Shown: piece by piece, positions 1 to 13,400 of the stretch | Layout of the letters: each line of letters begins with the position of its first letter | Position numbering within the stretch: position 1 is the stretch's first letter | From: Bugula neritina | Taxonomy: Eukaryota > Animalia > Bryozoa | Length of the DNA: 64,000 nt | NCBI GenBank assembly: GCA_964035545.1 | Contig: OZ037768.1 | Span: forward strand, 15,483,875-15,547,874 | Direction of reading: 5' to 3' | Translations under genes and position numbers: made by a program | Notes under the pieces: generated by a model | Told to the model about the DNA's origin: nothing | The model's database searches: none | What the model saw: the letters and a program-made list of their open reading frames with translations, nothing else

Positions 1-1030
1 CTGATGAAATTTAAAATTTGAAGTAAAAATGTGTTATTTTTACCTGTGCCATTTTATAGAAATCTATATCTAGCTTTTATAATATAATATTCTTGTAATT
101 TTTCATCATAGCAAGAACTAAATTACATTGTTTCCACACTTAATATTTCATATACTTATAGTTTATTTGAAAGCTTACGTTGTTTATTGTGGATGCAGTT
201 GACTGCTGCAGAAACTGACTACTATTTTCAAAATTTAAAAGGAAAACAAATTCCTGGTGCAGAAGTGGCAGAATATGTAATACAATTTTTTTCAAATTGT
301 AAGTAAGAAATGGGGTCATTTCAGCATTTATAAGCTGCACATAATAGCTTATGTGTATATTTATACTGTGTGGACTTGCTATTACTGCTAGCAACAATAT
401 TACCAGCATGGGTGGTTGATTTAACCTCTTAGTAGTTCCCATGGCTTACATACAATAAAATTCTAGTTGAATAGAATATTTACTATTGTAAAGTACAAAA
501 CAAATGACCAGAATATTTCATTTGTTAAACAGAAATTTTGTAATACTACTGTGGATTGGCTACTGTACATTAGCTAGATGTAGGCGGAGTCCACACTACC
601 CAGCCATCCAGATGCATATACTAAAGGGCCATTCAAAAACCAGCCAATCGAAGTCATGTACCAAATTCACAGATGTTTACTGCAAGCTTCCAATGCTAAA
701 CAATAACCCATTCAAGCTGCAACAACAAATAACTACTAAGCTGGCAGTTATGTAATAATTGGCCTTAAGTTGCAAAAGTGTACCAGGTCATTTTTCTAGA
801 CATGCAATTTTTATTTGCGTTTTATAAACACTTAATTTAGACATTTTAAAAAATCATTTCAAGAGTCATCAATTTAAGATATGAAATTAAATAATGCATG
901 AAAAAAAAGTTGCACAACTAGCTTTTAGAAGCATGCATTTTGCAATTGAACTTGCAGAATTTTATATCAGTTACAATAGTAAGACATTGACCTGGTACAC
1001 TTCGCTGATTGGCTGAGTTTTACATGGTCT
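1..1030 (-). mobile_element. Partial copy (one terminal arm, cut by the window edge) of the ISL2EU/Harbinger-like foldback element, inserted in satellite
   Basis: 1-1030 is the reverse complement of 29338-30367. ORFs 140..442 and 504..755 translate identically to 29926..30228 and 29613..29864. The copy ends ...CATGGTCT followed by AT (1031-1032), then satellite resumes (ATtgtgctgatagtagaac, as in satellite cccaATtgtgctgatag). Confidence 0.85.
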
Positions 1031-4000
1031 ATTGTGCTGATAGTAGAACTAGTGTGCCTAACAGTGCCCAAATGTGCTTAAACATTCCCAAATGGGCTAA
1101 AACATGCCCAAATTTACTAAATTGAGCCAAATTTGCTAATAGTTCCAATAAGTGCCCAGAGGTTCTGAAACGGGCCCAATAGTGCTAATAGTAGGCTTAG
1201 TGTAGTTAACAGTGCCCAAACTTGCTAAAACTTTCCCAAATGTACTAAATTCAGCAAAATATGCTAATAGTACCAATAAGCGCCCAGAGGCTCTGAACCA
1301 TGCCCAATTGTGCTAATAGTTTAACTGGTGTGCTTAACAATGCGCAAATCTGCTAAAACATTCCCAAATTTGCTAAAACATTCCCAAATGTACTAAATTG
1401 AGCAAAACATGCTAATCGTACCAATAGGTGCCCAGAGGTTCTGAAACGTGCCCTATAGTGCTGATAGTAGAATTAGTGTGCTCAACAGTGCCCAAATGTC
1501 CTAAAACATGCCAAAATGTGCTGAATTGAGCCAAACATGCTAATAGTACCATTTAGTGGCCAGAAGTTCAGTAACTTTCCAAATAGTGCTAATAGTAGGA
1601 TTAGTGTGCTTAACAGTACCCAATTTTGCTAAAACATTCCCAAATGCACTAAATTGAGCCAATTATGCTAATAGTACCTATTAGTGCCCAGAAGTTCTGA
1701 TCCGGGCCCAATAGTGCCAAAGCTAAAACAAGTGTGCTCAACAGTGCAAAAACAGGCTAAAACATGCCTAAATGTGTTAAAATGAGCCAATTGTGCTAAT
1801 AGTACCTATTAGTGCCCAGAAGTTCTAAAATGTGCCCAATAGTGCTAATAGTAGAACTAGTGTGCTCAACAGTGCCCAAATGTGCTAAATTGAGCCAAAT
1901 ATACTAATAGTACCAATAAGTGCCCAGAGGTTCTAAAACGTGCCCAATTGTGCTGATAGTAGAACTAGTGTGCCTAACAGTGCCCAAATGTGCTTAAACA
2001 TTCCCAAATGGGCTAAAACATGCCCAAATTTACTAAATTGAGCCAAATTTGCTAATAGTTCCAATAAGTGCCCAGAGGTTCTGAAACAAGACCAATAGTG
2101 CTAATAGTAGGACTAGTGTGCTTAACAGTGCCCAAATCTGCTAAATCTTTCACAAATGTCCTAAAACATGCCAAAATGTGCTAAATTGAGCCAAACATGC
2201 TAATAGTACCTTTTAGTGCCCAGAAATTCTGAAATGGGCCCAATAGTGCTAATAGTAGGCCTAGTGTGGTTAACAGTGCCCAAATTTGCTAAGACTTTCC
2301 CAAATGTACTAAATTCAGCCAAGTATGCTAATAGTACCAATAATCGCCCAGAGGCTCTGAACCATGCCCAATTGTGCTAATAGTTTAACTGGTGTGCTTA
2401 ACAATGCGCAAATCTGCTAAAACAATCCCAAATTTGCTAAAACATTCCCAAATGTACTAAATTGAGCAAAACACGCTAATAGTACCAATAGGTGCCCAGA
2501 GGTTCTAAAACGTGCCCTATAGTGCTGATAGTAGAATTAGTGTGCTCAACAGTGCCCAAATGTCCTAAAACATGCCAAAATGTGCTGAATTGAGCCAAAC
2601 ATGCTAATAGTACCATTTAGTGGCCAGAAGTTCAGTAACTTTCCAAATAGTGCTAAAAGTAGGCCTAGTGTAGTTAACAGTGCCCAAATTTGCTAAAACT
2701 TTCCCAAATGTACTAAATTCAGCCAAATATGCTAATAGTATCAATAAGCGCCCAGAGGCTCTGAACCATGCCCAATTGTGCTGATAGTAGAACTAGTGTG
2801 TCTAACAGTGCCCAAATAAGCTTAAACAAGCCCAAATGTTCTAAATTGAGCCATATATGCTAATAGTACCTATTGGTGCCCAAAAGTTCTGATACGGGCC
2901 CAAGAGTGCCAATGCTAGAACAAATATGCTCAACAGTGTCAAAACGGGCTAAAACATGCCTAAATGTGTTAAATTGAGCCAATTGTGCTAATAGTACCTA
3001 TTAGTGCCCAGAAGTTCTGAAACGTGCCCAATAGTGCCAATAGTAGAACTAGTGTGCTCAACAGTGCCCAAATGCGCTAAATTGAGCCAAATATTCTAAT
3101 AGTACCAATAAGTGCCCAGAGGTTTTAAAACGTGCCCAGCGGTTCTAAAACGTGCCCAAGAGTGCTGATAGTGGAACTAGTGTGCCTGACAGTGCCCAAA
3201 TGTGCTTAAACAAGCCCAAATGTGCTAAACTGAGCCAAATATACTAATAGTACCAATAAGTGCCCAGAGGTTCTAAAACGCGCTCAATTGTGCTGATAGT
3301 AGAACTAGTGTGCCTGACAGTGCCCAAATGTGCTTAAACAAGCCCAAATGTGTTAACTTGGGCCAAATAAAATAATCGTACCAATAAGCGCCCAGAGGTT
3401 CTGAGGCGTGCCCAATAGTGCTAATAGTAGAACTGATGTGCTTAACAGTGCCCAAATGTGCTCAAACGTGCCCAAATTTGCTAGAACTTTCCCAAATGTA
3501 CTAAATTTAGCCAAATATGCTAATAGTACCTATTAGTGCCCAGAAACTCTGATACGGGCCCAATAGTGCCAAAACTAGAACAAGTGTGCTCAATAGTGCC
3601 AAAGCGCACTAAAACATGCCCAAATGTGCCACCAGTTTAACTGGTGCGCTTAACAGTGCTCAAATCTGCTAAAACATTCCCAAATGGGCTAAAACATGTC
3701 CAAATGTACTAAATTTAGCAAAACATGCTAATAGTACCAATAGGTGCCCAGGGGTTCTGAAACGTGCCCTATAGTGCTGATAGTAGAATTAGTGTGCTCA
3801 ACAGTGCCCAAATTTGCTAAAACATTCCCAAATGTACTAAATTGAGCCAAATATGCTAATAGTACCTATTAGTGCCCAGAAACTCTGATACGGGCCCAAT
3901 AGTGCCAAAACTAGAACAAGTGTGCTCAACAGTGCCAAAACGCACTAAAACATGCCCAAATGTGCTATAACATGCCCAAATGTGCTACAACATGACTAAA

Positions 4001-7000
4001 TGTGCTAAATTGAGCCAAATATACCAATAGTACCAATAAGTGCCCAGAGGTTCTAAAACATGGCCAATAGTGCTGATAGTAGAACTAGATGCCCAACAGT
4101 GCCCAAATGTGCTAAAAAATTCCCCAATCTGCTAAAACATGCCCAAATGTATTAAATTGAGCCAAATACACAAATACCCCAAATAAGCGCCCAGAGGTTC
4201 TTAAACTTGATCAATGTTGCTAATAGTAGGACTAGTGTGCCTAACAGTGCCCAAATCTGCTAAATCATTCCCAATTGGGCTAAAACACGCTCCAATGAAC
4301 TAAATTCTGCCAAATATGCTAATAGTACCATTTAGTGGTCATGAATTCGTTAACTTGCCAAATAGTGCTAATAGTAGGATTAGTGTGCTTAACAGTGCCC
4401 ATTTTTGCTAAAACATTCCCAAATGTACTAAATTGAGCCAAATATGCTAATAGTACCTATTAGTGCCCAGAGGTTCTGATCCGAGCCCAATAGTGCCAAA
4501 GCTAAAACAAGTGTGCTCAACAGTGCCAAAACAGGCTAAAACATGCCTAAATGTGTTAAATTGAGCCAATTGTGCTAATAGTACCTATTAGTGCCCAGAA
4601 GTTCTAAAACGTGCCCAATAGTGCTAATAGTAGAACTAGTGTGCTCAACAGTGCCCAAATGTGCTAAATTGAGCCAAATATACTAATAGTACCAATAAGT
4701 GCCCAGAGGTTCTAAAACGTGCCCAATAGTGCTGATAGTAGAACTAGTGTGCCTAACAGTACCCAAATGTGCTTAAACAAGCCCAAATGTGCTCAATTGA
4801 GCCAAATATACTAACAGTACCAATAAGTGCCCAGAAGTTCTGAATCGTGCCCAATAGTGCTAATAGTAGAACTGGTGCGCTCAACAGTGCCCAAAGGTGC
4901 TAAAGGATTTCCAAGTGTACTAAAACATGCCCAAAATGTGCTAAAGTGAGCCAAACATGCTAATAGTACCTTTTAGTGCCCAGAAGTTCTGAAACAGGCC
5001 CAATAGTGCTAATAGTAGGCCTAGTGTGCCTAACAGCGCCCAAATGTGCTCAAACGTGCCCAAATATGCTAAAACTTTCCCAAATGTACTAAATTTAGCC
5101 AGTTATACTAATTGTACCAATAAGCGCCCAGAGACTCTTAACCATGCCCAATTGTGCTAATAGTTTAACTGGTGTGCTTAACAACGCCCAAATCTGCTAA
5201 AACATTCCCAAATTTGCTAAAACATTCCCAAATGTACTAAATTAAGCCAAATTCACTAATAGCACCAATTAGCGCCAAGAGGTTCTGAAACTTGCCAAAA
5301 AGTGCTAATAGTAGGACTAGTGTGCTTAACAGTGCCCAAATCTGCTAAATCATTCCCAAATGTCGTAAAACATGCCAAAATGTGCTAAATTTAGCCAAAC
5401 ATGCTAATAGTACCTTTTAGTGCCCAGAAACTCTGAAGTGTGCCCAATAGTGTTATCAGTAGAACTAGTGTGCTCAACGGTGCCCAAAGGTGCAAAAAGA
5501 TTCCCCAATGAACTAAAACATGCCCAAATTTATTAAATTGAGCCAAATATGCTAATAGTACCATTTGGTGGTCATGAATTCGTTAACTTGCCAAATAGTG
5601 CTAATAGTAGGATTAGTGTGCTTAACAGTGCCCATTTTTGCTAAAACATTCCCAAATGTACTAAATTGAGCCAAATATGCTAATAGTACCTATTAGTGCC
5701 CAGAGGTTCTGATCCGGGCCCAATAGTGCCAAAGCTAAAACAAGTGTGCTCAACAGTGCCAAAACAGGCTAAAACATGCCTAAATGTGTTAAATTGAGCC
5801 AATTGTGCTAATAGTACCTATTAGTGCCCAGAAGTTCTAAAACGTGCCCAATAGTGCTAATAGTAGAACTAGTGTGCTCAACAGTGCCCAAATGTGCTAA
5901 ATTGAGCCAAATATACTAATAGTACCAATAAGTGCCCAGAGGTTCTAAAACGTGCCCAATAGTGCTGATAGTAGAACTAGTGTGCCTAACAGTACCCAAA
6001 TGTGCTTAAACAAGCCCAAATGTGCTCAATGGAGCGAAATATACTAACAGTACCAATAAGTGCCCAGAAGTTCTGAAACGTGCCCAATAGTGCTAATAGT
6101 AGAACTGGTGCGCTCAACAGTGCCCAAAGGTGCTAAAGGATTCCCAAGTGTACTAAAACATGCCCAAAATGTGCTAAAGTGAGCCAAACATGCTAATAGT
6201 ACCTTTTAGTGCCCAAAAGTTCTGAAACAGGCCCAATAGTGCTAATAGTAGGCCTAGTGTGCCTAACAGCGCCCAAATGTGCTCAAACGTGCCCAAATTT
6301 GCTAAAACTTTCCCAAATGTACTAAATTTAGCCAAATATGCTAATAGTACCAATAAGCGCCCAGAGGCTCTGAATCATGCGCAATTGTGCTAATAGTTTA
6401 ACTGGTGCGCTTAACAGTGCTCAAATCAGCTAAAACATTCCCAAATGGGCTAAAACATGTCCAAATGTACTAAATTTAGCAAAACATCCTAATAGTACCA
6501 ATAGGTGCCCAGGGGTTCTGAAACGTGCCCTATAGTGCTGATAGTAGAACTAGTGTGCTCAACAGTGCCCAAATGTCGTATAACATGCCAAAATGTGCTG
6601 AATTGAGCCAAATATGCTAATAACACCAATAAGCGCCCAGAGGTTCTTAAACTTCCCAAATAGTGCTAATAGTACAACTAGTGTGCTTAACAGTGCCCAA
6701 ATTTGCTAAAACATTCCCAAATGTACTAAATTGAGCCAAATATGCTAATAGTACCTATTAGTGCCCAGAAACTCTGATACGGGCCCAATAGTGCCAAAAC
6801 TAGAACAAGTGTGCTCAACAGTGCCAAAACGCACTAAAACATGCCCAAATGTGCTATAACATGCCCAAATGTGCTATAACATGACTAAATGTGCTGAATT
6901 GAGCCAAATATACCAATAGTACCAATAAGTGCCCAGAGGTTCTAAAACATGGCCAATAGTGCTGATAGTAGAACTAGATGCCCAACAGTGCCCAAATGTG

Positions 7001-10000
7001 CTAAAAAATTCCCCAATCTGCTAAAACATGCCCAAATGTATTAAATTGAGCCAAATACACAAATACCCCAAATAAGCGCCCAGAGGTTCCTAAACTTGCC
7101 CAATATTGCTAATAGTAGAACTAGTGTGCCTAACAGTGCCCAAATCTGCTAAATCATTCCCAATTGGGCTAAAACACGCTCAAATGAACTAAATTCTGCC
7201 AAATATGCTAATAGCACCAATGAGTGCCCAGAGGTTCCGAAACGTGCCCAATAGTGATAATAGTAGAACTAGTGTGGTTAACAGTGCCCAAATTTGCTAA
7301 AACTTTCCTAAATGTACTAAATTTAGCCAAATATGCTAATAGTACCAATAAGCGCCCAGAGGCTCTGAACCATGCCCAATTGTGCTAATAGTTTAACTGG
7401 TGTGCTTAACAGTGCTCAAATCTGCTAAAACATTCCCAAATGGGCTAAAACATGTCCAAATGTACTAAATTTAGCAAAACATGCTAATAGTACCAATATG
7501 TGCCCAGAGGTTCTGAAACGTGCCCTATAGTGCTGATAGTAGAATTAGTGTGCTCAACAGTGCCCAAATGTCCTAAAACATGCCAAAATGTGCTTAATTG
7601 AGCCAAACATGCTAATAGTACCATTTAGTGGCCAGAAATTCGGAAACTTGCCAAATAGTGCTAATAGTAGGATTAGTGTGCTTAACAGTGCCCATTTTTG
7701 CTAAAACATTCCCAAATGTACTAAATTGAGCCAAATATGCTAATAGTACCTATTAGTGCCCAGAGGTTCTGATCCGGGCCCAATAGTGCCAAAGCTAAAA
7801 CAAGTGTGCTCAACAGTGCCAAAACAGGCTAAAACATGCCCAAATGTGTTAAATAAGCTAATTGTGCTAGTAGTACCTATTAGTGCCCAGAAGTTCTGAA
7901 ACGTGCCCAATCGTGCTAATAGTAGAACTAGTGCGCTCAACAGTGCCCAAAGGTGCTAAAAGATTCCCAAGTGTACTAAAACATGCCCAAGTGTATTAAA
8001 TTAAGCCAAATTCACTAATAGCACCAATTAGCGCCAAGAGGTTCTTAAACTTGCCAAAAAGTGCTAATAGTAGGACTAGTGTGCTTAACAGTGCCCAAAT
8101 CTGCTAAATCATTCCCAAATGTCGTAAAACATGCCAAAATGTGCTAAATTGAGCCAAACATGCTAATAGTACCAATAAGTGCCCAGATGTTCCAAAATCT
8201 GCCCAATAGTGATAATAGTAGGACTAGTGTGCGTAACAGTGCCCAAATAGCCTAAAACATGCCAAAATGTGCTAAATTCAACCAAACATGCTATTAGTAC
8301 CGTTTAGTGGCCAAAAGTTCTGAAACGTGCCCAATAATGCTAATGGTATAACTAGTGTGCTTAACAGTACCCAAATTTGCTAAAACATTCCCAAATGTAC
8401 TGAATTGAGCCATATATGCTAATAGTACCTATTAGTGCCCAAAAGTTCTGATACTGGCCCAATAGTGCCAAAGCGAGAACAAATGTGCTCAACAGTGCCA
8501 AAACAGGCTAAAACATGCCTAAGTGTGTTAAAATGAGCCAATTGTGCTAATAGTACCTATTAGTGCCCAGAAGTTCTGAAACGTGCCCAGTAGGGCTAAT
8601 AGTAGAACTAGTGTGCTAAACAGTGCCCAAATTTGCTAAAACTTTCCCAAATCTACTAAATTTAGCCAATTATGCTAATTGTACCAATAAGCGCCCAGAA
8701 ACTCTGAACCATGCCCAATTGTGCTAATAGTTTAACTGGTGTGCTTAACAACGCCCAAATCTGCTAAAACATTCCCAAATTTGCTAAAACATTCCCAAAT
8801 GTACTAAATTAAGCCAAATTCACTAATAGCACCAATTAGCGCCAAGAGGTTCTTAAACTTGCCAAAAAGTGCTAATAGTAGGACTAGTGTGCTTAACAGT
8901 GCCCAAATCTGCTAAATCATTCCCAAATGTCGTAAAACATGCCAAAATGTGCTAAATTTAGCCAAACATGCTAATAGTACCTTTTAGTGCCCAGAAACTC
9001 TGAAGTGTGCCCAATAGTGCTATCAGTAAAACTAGTGTGCTCAACGGTGCCCAAAGGTGCAAAAAGATTCCCCAATGAACTAAAACATGCCCAAATTTAT
9101 TAAATTGAGCCAAATATGCTAATAGTACCTATTAGTGCCCAGAGGTTCTGATCCGGGCCCAATAGTGCCAAAGCTAAAACAAGTGTGCTCAACAGTGCCA
9201 AAACAGGCTAAAACAGGCCTAAATGTGTTTTAATGAGCCAATTGTGCTAATAGTACCTATTAGTGCCCAGAAATTCTAAAACGTGCCCAATAGTGCTAAT
9301 AGTAGGCCTAGTGTGGTTAACAGTGCCCAAATTTGCTAAAACTTTCCCAAATCTGCTAAAACATGCCCAAATGTATTAAATTGGGCCAAATACACAAATA
9401 CCCCAAATAAGCGCCCAGAGGTTCTTAAACTTGCCCAATGTTGCTAATAGTAGGACTAGTGTGCATAACAGTGCCCAAATCTGCTAAATCATTCCCAATT
9501 GGGCTAAAACACGCTCAAATGAACTAAATTCTGCCAAATATGCTAATAGTACCAATGAGTGCCAAGAGGTTCCGAAACGTGCCCAATAGTGATAATAGTA
9601 GAACTAGTGTGCGTAACAGTGCCCAAATAGTCTAAAACATGCCCAAATGTGCTAAATTCAGCCAAACATGCTAATAGTACCTTTTAGTGCCCAGAAGTTC
9701 TGAAACGGGCCCAATAGTGCTAATAGTAGGCTTAGTGTAGTTAACAGTGCCCAAATTTGCTAAAACTTTCCCAAATGTACTAAATTCAGCCAAATATGCT
9801 AATAGTACCAATAAGCGCCCAGAGGCTCTGAACCATGCCCAATTGTGCTAATAGTTTAACTGGTGTGCTTAACAATGCGCAAATCTGCTAAAACATTCCC
9901 AAATTTGCTAAAACATTCCCAAATGTACTAAATTGAGCAAAACATGCTAATAGTACCAATAGGTGCCCAGAGGTTCTGAAACGTGCCCTATAGTGCTGAT

Positions 10001-10231
10001 AGTAGAATTAGTGTGCTCAACAGTGCCCAAATGTCCTAAAACATGCCAAAATGTGCTGAATTGAGCCAAACATGCTAATAGTACCATTTAGTGGCCAGAA
10101 GTTCAGTAACTTTCCAAATAGTGCTAATAGTAGGATTAGTGTGCTTAACAGTGCCCAATTTTGCCAAAACATTCCCAAATGTGCTAAATTGAGCCAATTA
10201 TGCTAATAGTACCTATTAGTGCCCAGAAGTT
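1031..10231. repeat. Tandem satellite, subfamily A (108/128/148/168-bp monomers from ~20-bp subunits)
   Basis: Continuous tandem monomers of the type TGAGCCAAATATGCTAATAGTACCAATAAGTGCCCAGAGGTTCTGAAACGTGCCCAATAGTGCTAATAGTAGAACTAGTGTGCTTAACAGTGCCCAAATGTGCTAAAACATGCCCAAATGTACTAAAT, with variable numbers of the 20-bp GCCCAAATGTGCTAAAACAT unit. Confidence 0.97.
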
Positions 10232-10439
10232 TATTGAATATAGTGAAAACCAGTTTACTTATATTACTACTTTGGAGTTATGTTCTTTATATAATATTAT
10301 AGATTCCATATTACATCATTTGTAACCTGTTTCCTTTTTACCCATAATCCCTCTCTTTTGTTCCTGTGTCTCCATTAAAATAAATTGCTGAACTATATTG
10401 CTAAACTGAATAATCTATTTACATCTAAGTAAATCAACA
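10232..10439 (+). repeat. 5' LTR of copia element (208 bp)
   Basis: TATTGAATAT...AAATCAACA, a direct repeat of 14517-14724 with one visible mismatch (A10261 vs G14546). Confidence 0.97.
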
Positions 10440-10453
10440 GGTTATGGGCCCAG
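10440..10453 (+). promoter_or_regulatory. Primer binding site GGTTATGGGCCCAG (internal half-tRNAiMet type, as in Drosophila copia)
   Basis: Immediately follows the CA of the 5' LTR. Matches the known copia-type PBS that pairs with the anticodon-stem region of initiator tRNA-Met. Confidence 0.9.
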
Positions 10454-10456
10454 TTG

Positions 10457-13400
10457 ATGCATAACACTGAAAAGAAGAAAATGGAAGATAAACTGGTTGT
10501 AGATAAGCTTACAGCTAATAACTATGCTACCTGGAAATTTAAACTGAAACACTTGCTGATAGCCAAGGAGCTTTTTGGATATTGCGATGGCAGTGTGGAG
10601 GAGCCTACTACAGGTGAAACAGCTAAGAAAGCATTCAAACTGAATGCTCAGAAAGCTCTCAGCCAAATTGTCCTTAGCGTAAGTGACGAGTTTATTTACC
10701 TAATAACTGAATGTGAGACTGCTCAGCAAGCATGGGAGAAATTACAATCACATTTTGAACGAGACACTTTGGCTAACAGAATAAATTTAAAGAAGCAGTA
10801 TTTCAGGGCTGTAATGAAAAGTAGTGTTTCTGTAGAAAACCATCTCAAATATATGAAAGACATTGTTAACAAACTAACAGTGATCAAAGCTCCAGTAACT
10901 GAAGAGGATCAAGTGGTTACTCTTCTAGGCAGTATGCCAAGTGAATATCAAACCGTGGTTACTGCTCTAGAAGCTCAGAAACCAGAAACACTAACATTAG
11001 AATTTGTTCAGAATGCATTGCTTAATGAAGAGCAAAAGAAGAAGGTGCAACAAGCTCTGAATAGTGCAAGTATAAACTGCAGTGGGAAAGCATTAGAAAA
11101 CACTGATACTGCTCTGCATGCTGATAGTCATCATAGGCATAGACCAAATAGAAATGTGCAACACCTGGAAAGAAGATGTTATAATTGTGATTCACCACAG
11201 CATCTGGCTAGACATTGCCCCACAGGATTTAAAGGTAAATTCAATGCAACTAACAATAGTAGAAATCGTGGTAGTTGGCAACAACATGGAGCCAGGTTTG
11301 CAGGTGAATCTAACCAGGGAATGTCTGAGTCAGAAACACAGGCTGAAGAGTGTGCTTTTGATGTGGGAGAAGCTCTGTATGACATAAACAATCATGAATG
11401 GCTGATAGACAGTGGGGCAACTCGTCACATGACTCCACTTGCTGATACCTTTGTCACATATACTAAGTTCAACCAACCAGAAAAAGTCTCAATAGCTGAT
11501 GGTCGAGTAGTTGATGCCATTGGCTCTGGTACTCTCAAAATATCAGTACGTGTCAGCCGACATGTACAAAGAAAGGCTACACTATATGATGTGCTTCATG
11601 TACCTGACTTACGACAAAATTTGTTTTCAGTACAATCTGCAGCAAGTAAAGGTATGATTGTACAGTTTGGCCACTCTAGATGTTGGGTGAAAAACAAGCA
11701 AAACCAAGTGCAGGCTATGGGAACACTTGTTAATAAACTCTACTTCCTAGATCTAACTACATCAGATCACAAAGCAAATCTAGCATCATGTAACACAGTC
11801 TGGCACAAGAGACTTGCGCACATCAATCATAGCACAATTAGAAGAATGGCCAATGAGAAGCTAGTCACCGGCGCTGACTTATCCAATGTGAGTGTAGGAT
11901 TGTGTGATTCTTGTATAAAAGGAAAAATGGCTCGAACATCTTTTAAAGCTAAAGATGCTATCACATCTACTAGACCATTAGAGCTAATTCACAGTGATGT
12001 ATGTGGCCCTATGCAAAATGCATCTATTGGTGGCAGTAAATATTTTGTGAGCTTTATCGATGATTACAGTAGGTTTTCTTATGTGTATTTTGTTAATGAG
12101 AAATCTGATGTGTTTAATGTTTTTAAGGATTTTCATGCTTTAGTAACCAACCAAACAGGCCAAACTATGAAAACGCTGCGGACCGATGGAGGAGGGGAAT
12201 ATATATCCAGCAGTTTTGAAGAATATTTGCGAGCACATGGTATTCAGCATCAGCTATCTGTACGGTATTCCCCACAGCAGAATGGAGTTGCAGAACGATA
12301 CAATCGCACAATATGTGAGTTAGCAAGAGCACTAGTCATAGATTCAAATCTACCAAAATCCTTTTGGGCAGAAGCTGTATCAACAGCTGTATATGTTCGA
12401 AATCGTGCCCCCACAAATGCACACCGCAATGAGGATACAACTCCGTATCAAAAATGGCATAATTCAAAACCTGATCTAAGTAACATGAAGGTGTTTGGTT
12501 CTTTGGCTTATGCTCATGTACCAAGTGAGTTGAGACAGAAGCTTGATGAGAAAGCAGAAGTGATGGTAATGGTTGGCTATAGCCTTAGGTCAAAAGGATA
12601 TCGCCTTTACAACCCAAAAGATGGTAAAGTTGTAGTACGAAGGGATGTAGTTTTTGATGAAAGCAAATTAGGACTGCCAGCACTTGCAAACAAGCAAAGT
12701 GAAAATAACTCTGAAACCTTCACAACTGACCTACCCTCAACAAAAGACAAACAAATACCCCTTCGTAGATCTGAGCGCAATATTTCTCCAGTCATTAGGT
12801 ATGGAATTGATGATTATGTTAATCATGTTGCTTGCCTTGCTAGTGATGTTGTAGAACCACTATCAATGTCAGAAGCTATGTCTAGTCCGCAATCAAAACA
12901 ATGGTGTGAAGCTGCTGAAGAAGAGTATGAGGCACTAATGAACAGTCAAACTTGGACTCTATCAAAGCTACCTCCTGGGCGTAAAGCTATTGGTAGTAAG
13001 TGGGTGTTCAAAACCAAATGTAAACCTGATGGAACCATTGATCGATATAAGGCAAAATTGGTGGCTCAAGGCTACTCTCAGAAACCAGGTATTGATTATG
13101 ATGAAACATTTTCCCCTGTTGTTCATCGCTCATCATTAAGAGCGCTTCTGTCTTATGGAATCAGCCGTGGTATGAGAATACACCAGATGGATGTAGTCAC
13201 TGCTTTTCTAAATGGTAGGCTCACTGAAGAAATTTATATGAAGCAACCAGAAGGTTTTGTAGCTGCTGGCAATGAAGATCTTGTTTGTAAATTAGAGCGA
13301 TCTTTGTATGGCCTTAAACAGTCACCACGCTGCTGGAATATCGTTCTAGACGAATACCTACAATCTCTTGGCTTTACCCCATCTAGTGCTGATTCATGTG

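Noticed and set aside
140-755. ORFs of 100 and 83 aa repeated identically at 29613-30228 and 32301-32552
   Set aside because: The identity simply reflects the transposon arms. No recognisable protein features.
1031-10231. Regularly spaced repeats as a possible CRISPR array
   Set aside because: There are no unique spacers, the whole monomer is repeated, no cas genes are present and the context is eukaryotic.
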